NCBI GenBank assembly: GCA_963800815.1
Contig: CAWDCP010000002.1
Coordinates: 12,437 to 76,436 of the forward strand
Reading direction: 5' to 3'
DNA length: 64,000 bases
Source: an uncultured Solirubrobacteraceae bacterium
Lineage (GTDB): Bacteria > Actinomycetota > Thermoleophilia > Solirubrobacterales > Solirubrobacteraceae
In this document: positions 1 to 10,109 of the stretch, one piece after another
How positions within the stretch are numbered: the first letter of the stretch is position 1
How the letters are laid out: each line of letters begins with the position of its first letter
Notes under the pieces: generated by a model
Database searches by the model: none
Seen by the model: the letters and a program-made list of their open reading frames with translations, nothing else
Told to the model about the DNA's origin: nothing
Position numbers and translations under genes: made by a program

Positions 1-7
1 GAGTCGG

Positions 8-1207
8 GTGCAGCGGCTGCGGCATCGTCGGCACGTGGTTGCTGGTGGGCGCACGATTCGGTGTGGGGCGGTTGGCGTGGTGGCCGGCATGCTGGTGTAC
101 TTTGCGGTGGCTGCGTCGGCGGTGACCGCCGGTCTGCACTCGACCGCGCTCGTGGTCCAGTCGCCCACTCCGGCACGCTACGTTTATGGCACGGACGGGC
201 GCCAGCACGTCGAGTACGACCTGCTCATCACCAACACGTTCACTGCTCCAGCGACGCTCAAAAGGCTGCAGGTGCGGGCGGCCGGCAAGCTGCTGGTGAC
301 GCTTAAGGGCGCGGCGCTGGCGGCGGCGACTCATGCGATCCTTGGCGAGGCGCCGGTGGCCAGCGTTCCGGCCTCGGCGACCGTCGAGGCCGTTGTCGAC
401 GTTGTGCTGCCTCGTTCCGCCGGACGGACCGTCCCGCATCGCCTTGCAAACCGGATCGATTACTCGCTTCCCGCAGACGCCCCGCAGCGGTCGGTGATCG
501 GAAGCACGACTGTCAACGCGCCCGATCTGCGACCGGTGCGGCGAGCGCCGATCGTGATCGGCTCGCCGGTGCGGGGGTCGGGTTGGTATGACGGCAACGG
601 GTGCTGTTCCGATCCGACCTCAGCGCATCGCACGACGGTGCTGGCGGACAACGGAACCTACGTGACGCCCGAGATCTTCGCGATCGATTGGATCCGCGTG
701 GTGGACGGCACGGTCTATACGGGGAACGGAAGCCAGTTACGGGATTGGCGCGGCACGTACGGTGCGCCGCTCTACGCCGTGGCGGACGGCACAGTGGTCG
801 TAGCCGTCGATGGGCGTCCCGACATTGCACCCGGTGCAAGTCCGCTCCTCAGTGCGCCGGAGGATTTCACTGGCAACGAGGTCGTGCTGAAAATCGCTCC
901 TGGACAGTACGCGGTCTACTTCCACCTCGAGCGTGGCTCGGTGCGGGTTCGGGTTGGGCAGCGGGTGCGCCGCGGACAGCAGATCGGCGCGCTCGGAAAC
1001 AGCGGTAACTCCACCGCCCCGCACCTCCACTTCGGGATCCAGGACGGTCCGAGCGGCCTCTCCAACAGCCTCCCGTTCGAGATCGACCGCCTGGTGCTCG
1101 AAGGCCACGTGGTCGCCGGAGCGACGCTCCCGAGGGTCAACGTGGCCGGGACGCGGCGGCGGCTGCGCGACGCGCTGCCGTTGATCGACTCGGTCATCGA
1201 CGTCTAG
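8..1207 (+). CDS. Secreted M23-family metallopeptidase (start may be ATG at 89)
   Basis: Signal-peptide-like N-terminus; M23 motifs AIDW, PLYAVADGTVV, GNEVVL, YFHL, GNSGNSTAPHLHF. Confidence 0.85.
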   Translation: MQRLRHRRHVVAGGRTIRCGAVGVVAGMLVYFAVAASAVTAGLHSTALVVQSPTPARYVYGTDGRQHVEYDLLITNTFTAPATLKRLQVRAAGKLLVTLKGAALAAATHAILGEAPVASVPASATVEAVVDVVLPRSAGRTVPHRLANRIDYSLPADAPQRSVIGSTTVNAPDLRPVRRAPIVIGSPVRGSGWYDGNGCCSDPTSAHRTTVLADNGTYVTPEIFAIDWIRVVDGTVYTGNGSQLRDWRGTYGAPLYAVADGTVVVAVDGRPDIAPGASPLLSAPEDFTGNEVVLKIAPGQYAVYFHLERGSVRVRVGQRVRRGQQIGALGNSGNSTAPHLHFGIQDGPSGLSNSLPFEIDRLVLEGHVVAGATLPRVNVAGTRRRLRDALPLIDSVIDV

Positions 1208-1231
1208 CCCCAACGCCCGCGAGGAGCAGAG

Positions 1232-2908
1232 ATGATGCCCATCCAAACGACCGCGAAGTCGGCACCCATCGATGAGCCGCCGACAAATCGGGCGCCCCTC
1301 GTTGGGGTCATGCGTCGCCGGCCTGATGCGCCTCGCCCTCGGCTGGGTTTCGCTCGTCTGGCGGTTGCGGCGTTGTGTGCGCTCGTGTTGATCGCGGTCG
1401 GCGTCAGCCCTGCGGTCGCTCAGCCGGCGAGGTTAGGGCCCGATCGGGCGGGCCTGGCGTCGTCGATCCGCTGGAGGAGTTGTGGGGTGCGGCTGGATTG
1501 CGCGCGGGTGCGGGTGCCGTTGGATTGGGCGCGTCCAGCGGGGCCGAAGATCACGCTGGCGGTGATCCGGCATCGCGCGAGCCGGCCCGCGAAGCGGATT
1601 GGAGTGTTGTTCTTCAACCCTGGGGGTCCGGGCGTTTCGGGCGTTCAGGACGTGAAGGACCCATTTGTCTCCAGCCTGCTTGACGAGGCCGGCGGGGGCC
1701 GGTTCGACGTGGTGAGCTGGGATCCGCGCGGCGTTGGCGCCAGTACGCACGTGAGCTGCTTTCGCAACGAGCTCAGCGCGACGCGGTTTTGGGGCGGGTT
1801 GACGGTCCCATTCACTGGGCCGGCGGCGCGGCGCTACCTGGCCAAGGCGATCGCGTATGCACGGCGTTGCGATCAGCTCAGCGGCAGCCTGCTCTCCCAC
1901 ATCTCCACCGCGGACACGGTGCGCGACCTCGACTATCTGCGCGTGCTGTCGGGCCAGCGCCGGCTCACCTACCTCGGCTGGTCCTACGGGACGTTCCTCG
2001 GTCAGACCTACGCGAACATGTTCCCGGGCCGGGTCCGCGCGATGGTCCTCGACGGGGTCGTCGATGCCGTCAGCTATATGCGGAGCAAGGAGTCGTTTCT
2101 CGAGAATGCCGTCACGCCGACCGACCGTGTGTTCGAGCAGTTCGAGGCGCTCTGCCAGAAGGCTGGCCCTGTCCGCTGCGCGCTCGCCGGGCACGGGTCG
2201 GTCAAGGCGCGCGTGGACGCGCTGCTGACCCGTGTCGAGCGAGCTTCGATTCCGGCCCCGACCGCCACTCCACCTGGGCGGCTGACGTACAGCGACCTGA
2301 TCACCGCGTTCTTCCCGGAGATGCGCAACCCGGGCACCTGGCCGGAGTTCGCGAGGGACCTTGAAGCGGCCGTGAACGGAGATGGATCGGCGCTGTTGAC
2401 CAGGGCTCGGCTGTTCCCCCCCACGGCGGGCAGCGCCCCGGCGCCGGTCGCGATCGGGTGCGCCGACAGCCCGACCCGTCACCCCCCAAGCGCGTGGCCG
2501 CAGGTGATCGGCCGGCTGACTCGCATCAGCCGTTTCAACGGTCCGGTGCTCGGGTGGTGGCTATGGGCACCGTGCGCCGCGTGGCGTGCGCGCAGCGCCC
2601 ATCGCTACACCGGACCCTGGAAAGCCCGCACCCAGAATCCGATCCTTGTCGTCGGCACGCGGTATGACCCCAACACCTCCTACGCGAACGCTCGAATCAC
2701 GGCACGCCGACTCGGTAACGCCGTGCTCCTGACCCACGAGGGCTACGGCCACGTCAGCCTCGTCGACCCCAGCGCCTGCGTCCAGCGCGCGATCACCGGC
2801 TACCTCGTTGGCCTCGTCACTCCGCCCCGCGGGAGCGTTTGCCAGTCGGATCATCAGCCGTTCGACCCGAACTTCGGCGAACCCCCGGCCGGCGAGCCGG
2901 TCCCGTGA
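1232..2908 (+). CDS. Secreted alpha/beta hydrolase, TAP-like (tripeptidyl peptidase family)
   Basis: NPGGPG, WDPRGVG, GWSYG nucleophile elbow, DPNT acid, GYGH His; TAP-like C-terminus. Confidence 0.9.
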   Translation: MMPIQTTAKSAPIDEPPTNRAPLVGVMRRRPDAPRPRLGFARLAVAALCALVLIAVGVSPAVAQPARLGPDRAGLASSIRWRSCGVRLDCARVRVPLDWARPAGPKITLAVIRHRASRPAKRIGVLFFNPGGPGVSGVQDVKDPFVSSLLDEAGGGRFDVVSWDPRGVGASTHVSCFRNELSATRFWGGLTVPFTGPAARRYLAKAIAYARRCDQLSGSLLSHISTADTVRDLDYLRVLSGQRRLTYLGWSYGTFLGQTYANMFPGRVRAMVLDGVVDAVSYMRSKESFLENAVTPTDRVFEQFEALCQKAGPVRCALAGHGSVKARVDALLTRVERASIPAPTATPPGRLTYSDLITAFFPEMRNPGTWPEFARDLEAAVNGDGSALLTRARLFPPTAGSAPAPVAIGCADSPTRHPPSAWPQVIGRLTRISRFNGPVLGWWLWAPCAAWRARSAHRYTGPWKARTQNPILVVGTRYDPNTSYANARITARRLGNAVLLTHEGYGHVSLVDPSACVQRAITGYLVGLVTPPRGSVCQSDHQPFDPNFGEPPAGEPVP

Positions 2909-4563
2909 TCGTCGAGCGACGCGCTCGACGTGCACCCGGGGCTCACTCGTGGATCAGGCGACGCCGCGGGTACGCGGTCCCCCCCGCCCACCCTCCTCTG
3001 AGCGGCGTGCGTCTGGTGGTGTTGGCGTGGTGCGCGCTCGGGTTGGCCGCGGTCGGCGTAAGCCCTGCGGTCGCTCAGCCGGCGCGGTCAGGGCCCGATC
3101 GGGCGGGCCTGGCGTCGTCGATCCGCTGGCAGCGTTGCGGCGCGCGGCTGGACTGCGCGCGCGTGGACGTGCCGTTGGATTGGGCGCGTCCAGGTGGGCC
3201 GAAGATCACGATCGCGGTGATCCGCCATGCGGCCAGCCGGCCCGAGCGTCGGATCGGGTCGATGTTCGTCAACGGGGGCGGTGCGTCGGGGAGCGTGGAG
3301 CTGGTGCGCAGCGAGGGTGCGCGATTGGACGCGCTGGGGCAGGGGCGGTTCGACGTCGTCGGCTGGGCTCTGCGTGGCGGCGCTGGTGCCGATCCGATGG
3401 TGCGCTGCTTTGCAGATCAGCGAAATCGCGAGAGGTTCTGGGAGGGACTGTCGATCCCGACCACGCGGGCGCAGTCACTCGCCTACCTGCCCAAGACAGT
3501 TGCGTACGCGCGGCGCTGCGGGGCGCTCGGCGGACGCCTGTTGGCTCATGTCTCGACCACCGACGATGCCCGCGATCTTGACTATCTGCGCCGGCTGCTG
3601 GGCGACCGGCAGCTCTCCTACTGGGCAGTGTCGTACGGCACGTTTCTGGGCGAGACCTACGCCAACCTGTTTCCCCGCCGGGTGCGCGCGATGGCCCTCG
3701 ATGGCCTCGTGGACCCCACAATCGTGGTCAGCGGCGCCGCGGCGCGGTTCTCGAACACGGTCGCGGCGATGGATCGCGGGCTGCTCGCATTCGAGTCGGT
3801 CTGCCAGCGCGCCGGATCGGCACGCTGCGCGCTCGCCGGCCAGGGCGCCGTGGCCCCGCGGGTGGCGCGGCTGCTGGCGCGGTTGCGGCGCGGGCCGATC
3901 CCAGCGCCCACGGCATCGCCACCGGGGGCATTGAGCTACGGCGACCTGTCGGCCGTCCTGTTCGCATCGCTGACGAATCCAGCCGCGTGGCCGCAACTCG
4001 CGCAAGATCTCGAGCGAGCCGCGACCGGAGACGGTTCGGCGCTCGCCACCCAGGCCCACGCGGTGCTCGCCGGCACCCGATCCGCAGCCGGCGACCCCCC
4101 GACGGCGATCACATGCACCGACAGCCCCGCTCGCCAGGGCCCACGCGCCTGGCCGCAGGTCATCGCTCGGCTGACGCGCGTCAGCCAGGTCGGCGGCCCA
4201 TTCGTCGGCTGGGGCAACTGGGCGCCGTGTGCGTCCTGGCCCACGCGCAGCACCGATCGCTACACGGGACCCTGGAACGCCCCCACCAAGAATCCGGTTC
4301 TGGTCATCGGTACGACGCATGACCCCGCCACGCCATACACCAACGCCCGGCGGGTCGCCCATCTACTCGGCAACGCCATCCTGCTCACCCACGACGGCTA
4401 CGGCCACACCAGCGAAGCGGACCCCAGCCACTGCGTTGAGCACATGACCAGCGCCTACCTCGTCGACCTCACCACCCCACCGAACCGAACCGCCTGTCCG
4501 TCAGACCGACAACCGTTCGACCCGCAGTTCAACGAATCACTTCCCGTCAAGGCAGTTCCGTGA
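2905..4563 (+). CDS. Second TAP-like secreted alpha/beta hydrolase (tandem paralog)
   Basis: In-frame GTG at 2905 overlaps upstream TGA (GTGA); AVSYG, DPATP, GYGH; colinear with 1232..2908. Confidence 0.85.
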   Translation: MIVERRARRAPGAHSWIRRRRGYAVPPAHPPLSGVRLVVLAWCALGLAAVGVSPAVAQPARSGPDRAGLASSIRWQRCGARLDCARVDVPLDWARPGGPKITIAVIRHAASRPERRIGSMFVNGGGASGSVELVRSEGARLDALGQGRFDVVGWALRGGAGADPMVRCFADQRNRERFWEGLSIPTTRAQSLAYLPKTVAYARRCGALGGRLLAHVSTTDDARDLDYLRRLLGDRQLSYWAVSYGTFLGETYANLFPRRVRAMALDGLVDPTIVVSGAAARFSNTVAAMDRGLLAFESVCQRAGSARCALAGQGAVAPRVARLLARLRRGPIPAPTASPPGALSYGDLSAVLFASLTNPAAWPQLAQDLERAATGDGSALATQAHAVLAGTRSAAGDPPTAITCTDSPARQGPRAWPQVIARLTRVSQVGGPFVGWGNWAPCASWPTRSTDRYTGPWNAPTKNPVLVIGTTHDPATPYTNARRVAHLLGNAILLTHDGYGHTSEADPSHCVEHMTSAYLVDLTTPPNRTACPSDRQPFDPQFNESLPVKAVP

Positions 4564-4861
4564 GTGCTGCGCGCGGCCTGACTTGCCGCCGGTCCGGTCC
4601 GCCGTGCGACGCAGTCGCAGCGCCTGTTCTTCCTCGGTGACCGCTGCCACTCTCGTCCCTGATCTCGTAGCCTCGGACGGGACAGCGGCCGGACGGGGGC
4701 ACCCCGCGGCGACCAATGCTCTGACAGCAGGCCGAACCGTTCGCGCCCGCGGAGTACCGTGCCAGCGCCGAAGCAGGTCTCGTCGGGCGCTCCGCCATAG
4801 ACCCGCAATTCGCCAGTTGCGCAACCGTCGCCCGTCGCCGATGGAGGGATCATCGCGACAG

Positions 4862-4884
4862 CCCTGCTTTCCCGCGAGAGCAGG
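4862..4884. repeat. Short palindrome CCCTGCTTTC-ccgc-GAGAGCAGGG (hairpin, REP-like or terminator)
   Basis: 10-bp stem with one G-T pair in an intergenic region. Confidence 0.4.
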
Positions 4885-5342
4885 GTGCCGTCAACGTCCG
4901 ATTGGAGTCGTTGCGCGCCCTGCTTTGCCGGCTTACCAGGGAACAGCGGCGCGCGCCCTGGTTTGCGCGGAAAGCGCGCTCGACGTGCTCGACGCCGAGT
5001 TCGGCGCGCCCGGTGCTAGCCAGGAGCTCGGATGTTGCAAGCATCAGAGCACCAGCCACGTCGCTGGTGGCGGCGCTGCCCGTATCAGGAGCGGCCACGT
5101 TGGCGATCAGGACGTCAGCGTTGAGATTGTGCGACCGAGCGACGCGCTCGGCGCGACCGATTCGCTGGCTCAGCGCACCCTCGCTCGGTCCGCCAGCAAG
5201 CACCCTGACTGACGCTCGCGCGCGGGAGCAGGCGTCGACCACGCCGACCACATCGCTGCCGAGTTGGAACGACCACGAAACCCTCGGCCTGTGATGGTGG
5301 CCCCCCGCTCTCCCCAACGAATCCCAGAGTGTGTTCCGTTCG

Positions 5343-5926
5343 TCAGCGGCCGGACTGGGTGTCGTGCCCCATCCCGGCCGCAACGCGAACGAGATGGATC
5401 AGCCGGTCGATCGAGACCACGACGACATCTTGCTCGAGGCGCTCCACGCCACGCATTCGGACAAGGCACAGGACGGCGAGCGTCCCGCGGCGGGACCATC
5501 TTCGCCGGCGCCGCCACAGCCACGCCGCCTGGTCGCGCACGCGAACGAGATGACGCTCGTCGTAGGTCCTGGTCTTCGTCTCGATCGCGACCGCCACGCC
5601 GGTCGGGGCGATCGCCACCGAGTCGATATCTCCCCGGCCCTGCCACGGCAGCGAGTGCCGGAGCCGCCAGCCCTCGGCCTGGAGCGCGGCGAGCACGCGC
5701 TGCACCTCGTCCTCCGAGCGGGCGCCGACACGACTGCGGCGAGCCAGCGAAAGCCAGTGGCGAGCGTAGAGACCCAGCCCTACAGCTGCCAGGAGCAGCA
5801 GCCCGCCAAGCGGCGGCGCTCCCGCGATCGCGGCCACTAGCCAAACAGCGCGGCGATAACGCTTCCCAGCGCCGCCTTTCCGACGTGAGAGAGCCCGCGA
5901 TACTGCTGGCGACGCGCGTAGTTCAC
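5343..5926 (-). CDS. NERD (nuclease-related domain) membrane protein, frameshifted near 5840
   Basis: GARSE..GWRLRH..GDIDSVAIAPTG..IETK NERD signature; upstream frame GTG-NYARRQQYRGLSH..ALFG joins LVAAIAG if one base is restored. Confidence 0.75.
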
Positions 5927-6198
5927 GCTGCGACCGCCTCGAGCGCGCAGCAAGCGCCGAACGCGATCTCGCACTCGGTGGGCTCGGCCATGGCTCGATC
6001 GTCCCACCGGTGCCAGACGGTCCTTGCAGCGTCCGGTATCGGGCCGAGCTGCGGCCCTCGCCTGCCCGCTCCTCGCGGGATAGGTCCGCGATTGGAACGG
6101 GCTGCCAGCCGTTTCTGCTCATTTGCCGGCATTCAGTCATGCCGCTACCGAAGCCCGCTCGTCGCGAGGACCACCTGGCGCAATCCGCGTGACAAGTG

Positions 6199-6322
6199 TG
6201 TCCATATTCCTGTCCACATCTTGACTCCGAACACTAGAATCATCAGCGTTCAAGCCGGATCTCAGGTTTCAACACGCGGAATCATAATCCGCGTGTCGGG
6301 GGTTCGAGTCCCTCCTCCGGCA
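6199..6322 (+). mobile_element. Probable att site (attR-like junction) of an element integrated in a tRNA(CAT) gene
   Basis: Perfect 9-7-9 dyad ACACGCGGA-ATCATAA-TCCGCGTGT (6272-6296); direct repeats TGTCCATAT/TGTCCACAT (6199, 6211). Confidence 0.65.
6276..6322 (+). tRNA. 3' half only of a tRNA with CAT anticodon (Met/Ile2); non-functional fragment
   Basis: GCGGA-ATCATAA-TCCGC anticodon arm, GTGTC variable loop, GGGGG-TTCGAGT-CCCTC T arm, CTCCGGC-A acceptor strand; no canonical D arm upstream. Confidence 0.75.
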
Positions 6323-6525
6323 TTTCGTTTTCCCTGCAAATGGGCACCCGTCAGTGATCCAGCTGACGACTGCCGCCGTGGCCAACGCGCCCACCCCCAG
6401 CCGGTCCTCGCCTCGCTGTCTGCGTTCAGCGCGCCTCCCGTGGGCCGCAGCGAGAGACCCGAATTGCCGGCATCACGGGGAGAGGTCGAGCGTGGCGCTC
6501 GTTCGGTACTGCACGGGGTCGATTC

Positions 6526-7884
6526 CTACGAGCCGACGACCGACGTGCTCAAGCGGTGGTCGGTCTCGTCGTCGGAGAGCAGTTCCGCGGCCAGGGGCTC
6601 GAGCGGGCGGTAGCCGTTTGCGCGTGCGAGTTCGAGCGCGCGCCGCGCGTGCTCGCGGGCGGCCCTGGCGTCACCGCGTCGCAGCAGTGCGCGCCCCAGC
6701 CACAGGTGGGACTCCGCGGCCCACAGCAGCAGGCCGTGTTCCTCGTGGAAGCCAACCGCGAACTCCAGCTGCTCAATCGCGAACTCGTTGCGCCCGATCG
6801 TGTGAGCGAGCTCGCCGAGGTACATCCGCCCGTGTCCGTATCCCGCGCCCTCGTTGCAGACGACCTGGTCCGCCCAGGGCTCGAGCAACTCGTAGAGCCG
6901 TTTGGCTGCTGCGACCGAACCGGTGTAGGCAGCGGCGTCGGCGTAGAGCGCAAGTGCCGACATCCGCACTGGATCCCAAGCGATGTGCTCGAAGCGATCC
7001 CTGCCCGCGTCCTCCACGATCGCGGTCGCCTTCTCAAACGCGCCGATCCTGCAGTAAGCAACGGCAAGCCCGGCGCGCCAGGCAGGGATCCCCGGATAGG
7101 CAGCGACGCTGCCCTCCAACGTCTCGATGACCTCCTCACCTCGACCCTGGTGAACCCTCACGACGCAGAGGTTCGCGCCGTAGTAGTTGGCGGCGTGAAG
7201 CGGGACAGCGTCCTGCCCGATCGCCAGGGCGCGCTCAGCGTGTTGCATGGACGCTGTCAGCCGGCCGTGCAGTTGCTCCCAGGTGGCTCGCTCCGCGGCG
7301 ACGTGCCAGCGAAGCGCCGGCTGCTGGAGCCCGTCCGCGGCCTGCTCACATTCTGAAAGTGCAGTGGCAGCTCGTTCGAGTCGCCCGGACAACAGAGAAG
7401 TGAGGTACTCGTGCTGCTTCGCCCACCAGCTGAGGGCGGGATCGTGGGCGCGAGCCGCGGCGTCGATTAACTCCTCGGAGATCTGCTCGAGCTGCGGTAG
7501 CGTGTCTGCCGACCAGATCGGCCGCCAAGCGTCCCGTAACACACAGGCGAGCGCAGCCGGATCATCAGCATCCCGGGCGAGTGCGATCGCCTCATCGACG
7601 ATCGCGCGCCGTCGGCCGACCGCCGACGGGTCATAGCTCAGCTCCAGGGCGTGGATCGCCAGCAGCCGGGCGCGGCGAGCCTGGTCGGACCCGTCATCCA
7701 GCTCGAGCGCTCGTTCGATCGCCGCCAGCAGTTCGCCATCGACTTCGCCGAGGATGCTCGGACGTCCACGGCTGTTCTCGAGCACCGCGCGAGCAGCGAG
7801 CGCTGCATCGTTCGATCCGGATGCGATCCGCGATGCCTCCAGCAGCGTCGCCCGGTAGCCCGGAGATCCAAGGCCGGACGGGAT
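6526..7884 (-). pseudogene. 5'-truncated helical/TPR C-terminal part of a large STAND-type regulator
   Basis: Ala/Leu-rich helical repeats; frame stays open upstream of GTG 7785 (GYRATLLEASRIA..ALAARAVLENSRG) until a stop near 7886; no P-loop or DNA-binding domain. Confidence 0.6.
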
Positions 7885-8165
7885 CTAGTCGAACGTCACG
7901 AGGCCTCGCCCGCTACCACCAGCGCGACTGCTGCTTGTATGAGGTCCGCCGGACTCGACCAATGAGCTGAGCGCCGCGCGGATTGGCGACAGCGGTGGCC
8001 ATGGGCGCCCCAAAAAAACCCTCGCTCGAGCAGGCGCGGTGTACGGTGGATGTGGCCTCGCAGCGTGCTCCGCATCCACGCTCACACGAACAATGCCGAC
8101 GCGGTATCGCGACGGGCCGCTCGACGCACGACGCAACCATCCAGGTCTCTACGAGGAGGATCACC

Positions 8166-8426
8166 ATGCCCGTCCTGATTCGACACCGCGCCGCAATGAG
8201 CGCTGCGCAGTACGACGAGTCCGCGCCGGCCCTGATCGAGCTGATAAAGAAGCAGCCGGGCTTCCTCGTCCATGTCTCCTATGAAGACGCCGGCGGCTTT
8301 GTCGTGGCCGAGGTGTGGGAGACGCAGGAGCAGCACGACACCTGGTTCGACGCCAACGTGAAGCCAAACGTTCCGTTCGAGATCACGCAAGAGGTAATCG
8401 ACCTTCACAGCGTCCACACGCCGTAG
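8166..8426 (+). CDS. Small ABM-like dimeric alpha/beta-barrel protein (86 aa)
   Basis: AGGAGGA RBS before ATG 8166; QPGFLVH..VAEVWETQE pattern. Confidence 0.75.
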   Translation: MPVLIRHRAAMSAAQYDESAPALIELIKKQPGFLVHVSYEDAGGFVVAEVWETQEQHDTWFDANVKPNVPFEITQEVIDLHSVHTP

Positions 8427-8781
8427 AACGCTCACGGACAGAGACCGTGTGAGGGCGAGCAACCGGCTCCACTCGCGCACAGCTCACACAGGACCTTGAC
8501 GCGATTCGCATCCGCGACGCGCGAATCCGCGGGCTAGCGGGAATCTGCTCGCCCAACGCGGAGCGAGTTCTCCGCGTGCGAAGCCAAGCTCCGCGACGCC
8601 GGCTTCAGCGAAGACCCGGACAGCGACGTCATCGTGCAGACGCCGCGCAGGGCGCCCGTCCACCCGATCCATCTGCGCCGGGATCCGAAAGGACCGCCGG
8701 CGCCGGACCGCACCGAAAAGTAGGCTGGCGTGTTCACACGTAGATGACAGGCCGGCGGAACCGGCACGAAAGAGAGGCAGA

Positions 8782-9963
8782 ATGAAACGAAGGTTCATGG
8801 CCGTCGCCCTGCTTGGGGCGCTCGTGATCGGCGCGGTCGCCGCTGTCGCGACAGCCAAGACGAACACCAGGCAGCCGACCGTCGGCCCCAACGGGTTGAC
8901 GTTCTATTCCCCGCACAAGCTGCCGAAGGGGCCGCACGGAACGCTGATCTGGGAGCGACCGATCACCGGCGGCGAGTCGCTGAAGGGCGCGCAGAACTAC
9001 CTCGTCGACTACGAGCAGGTCGGCGTCAGGGGCACGATGGTCCCGGTGTCCGGCCTGGTCGCGATCCCCAACGGCAAGGCGCCCAAGACCGGCTGGCCGG
9101 TGATCACGTGGGCGCACGGCACGACCGGCATCGCGGATGTGTGCGCCCCTTCGCGGCTTCCGGCGGGGACCGGCGGACTCAACACCCCGATGCTCGAGAG
9201 CTGGATCAAGGCCGGTTACGCCGTCGTGCGCACCGACTACGAGGGGCTGGGCGGCCCCGGTCCGCACCCGTACCTGATCGGCGTCTCCGAGGGCCGCGGC
9301 GTGCTCGACATCGTCCGCGCCGCCCGCCAACTCGATCCGCAGCTGAGCGATCGCGTGGTCATCAGCGGTCACTCCCAGGGCGGCCACGCCGCGTTGTGGG
9401 CGGCGTCGCTGGTCAAGAGCTACACGCCGGAGATCACGCTGCGCGGCGTGCTGGCCTTCGCGCCCGCGTCGCACATCGCGACCGAGGCCGGGTTCCTCAA
9501 GTCGGTGACGGCGACGTCGCTCACCGGCCTGGCGGCGACGATCTTCCGCGGGCTCGACGTCAGCTATCCGTCGCTGCACATCAGCTCGCTGCTCACGTCG
9601 CAGGCCGCGGCGCTGTACCCGCAGACGCTGACGGAGTGCCTGGGTCAGCTCGACAAGACGGACTCGTTCGGCGGTCTGCCGCTCAACCAGTTGGTCAAGC
9701 CGACGGCTGATATCTCGGCGGCGGTCAACGATCTGAAGAAGAACGACCCCGGCGAGCTGAAGATCGGCGCGCCGGTGCTGCTCGAGCAGGGCAGCGCCGA
9801 CACGACCGTGCTGCCGCCGTTCACCGCGGCACTGGCCACATCGCTGGCCGGTGTCGGTGACACGGTCACCGAGCACACCTATGCTGGCGCCACGCACAGC
9901 ACCGTGCTGACCGCGGCCAAAGCCGACCAGGCCGCCTTCCTGAAGAAGCGCTTCGAGCGGTAG
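8782..9963 (+). CDS. Secreted lipase (LIP family)
   Basis: Signal peptide; WAHGTTG, TDYEGLG, GHSQGG, QGSADTTV, GATH; RBS GAGAGG. Confidence 0.9.
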   Translation: MKRRFMAVALLGALVIGAVAAVATAKTNTRQPTVGPNGLTFYSPHKLPKGPHGTLIWERPITGGESLKGAQNYLVDYEQVGVRGTMVPVSGLVAIPNGKAPKTGWPVITWAHGTTGIADVCAPSRLPAGTGGLNTPMLESWIKAGYAVVRTDYEGLGGPGPHPYLIGVSEGRGVLDIVRAARQLDPQLSDRVVISGHSQGGHAALWAASLVKSYTPEITLRGVLAFAPASHIATEAGFLKSVTATSLTGLAATIFRGLDVSYPSLHISSLLTSQAAALYPQTLTECLGQLDKTDSFGGLPLNQLVKPTADISAAVNDLKKNDPGELKIGAPVLLEQGSADTTVLPPFTAALATSLAGVGDTVTEHTYAGATHSTVLTAAKADQAAFLKKRFER

Positions 9964-9977
9964 GCGAAGAGCCACCG

Positions 9978-10011
9978 CCTGCGGGGCCGCCGACCGAGGC
10001 GGCCCCGCAGG
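9978..10011. terminator. GC-rich hairpin between convergent lipase and arsM
   Basis: CCTGCGGGGCCGCC / GGCGGCCCCGCAGG perfect 14-bp stem. Confidence 0.75.
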
Positions 10012-10109
10012 GGCGTCTCGCGTCGTCGTTGACCGTTGCGGGCACGATCCGCGGACTGAATGCGAACCGGTCCGGGCGTCCGAGGGTCGTTGAGCCTGAA
10101 GCTCGTCGC

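Noticed and set aside
4583-5340. Overlapping ORFs 4583..5212, 4850..5383, 4902..5294
   Set aside because: No motifs, weak codon bias, no convincing start; probably decayed island DNA
6199-6219. TGTCCACA as DnaA boxes or oriC
   Set aside because: Only two imperfect copies, no dnaA/dnaN context; better explained as integrase arm sites
6254-6322. Complete tRNA using GCCGGAT as the 5' acceptor strand
   Set aside because: Pairs 6 of 7 but the following segment is too short and lacks the D-arm consensus (TAGC..GG..AGC)
8540-8660. Short coding-like stretch (EAKLRDAGFSEDPDSDVI)
   Set aside because: No start or sustained frame; at most an unassignable relic
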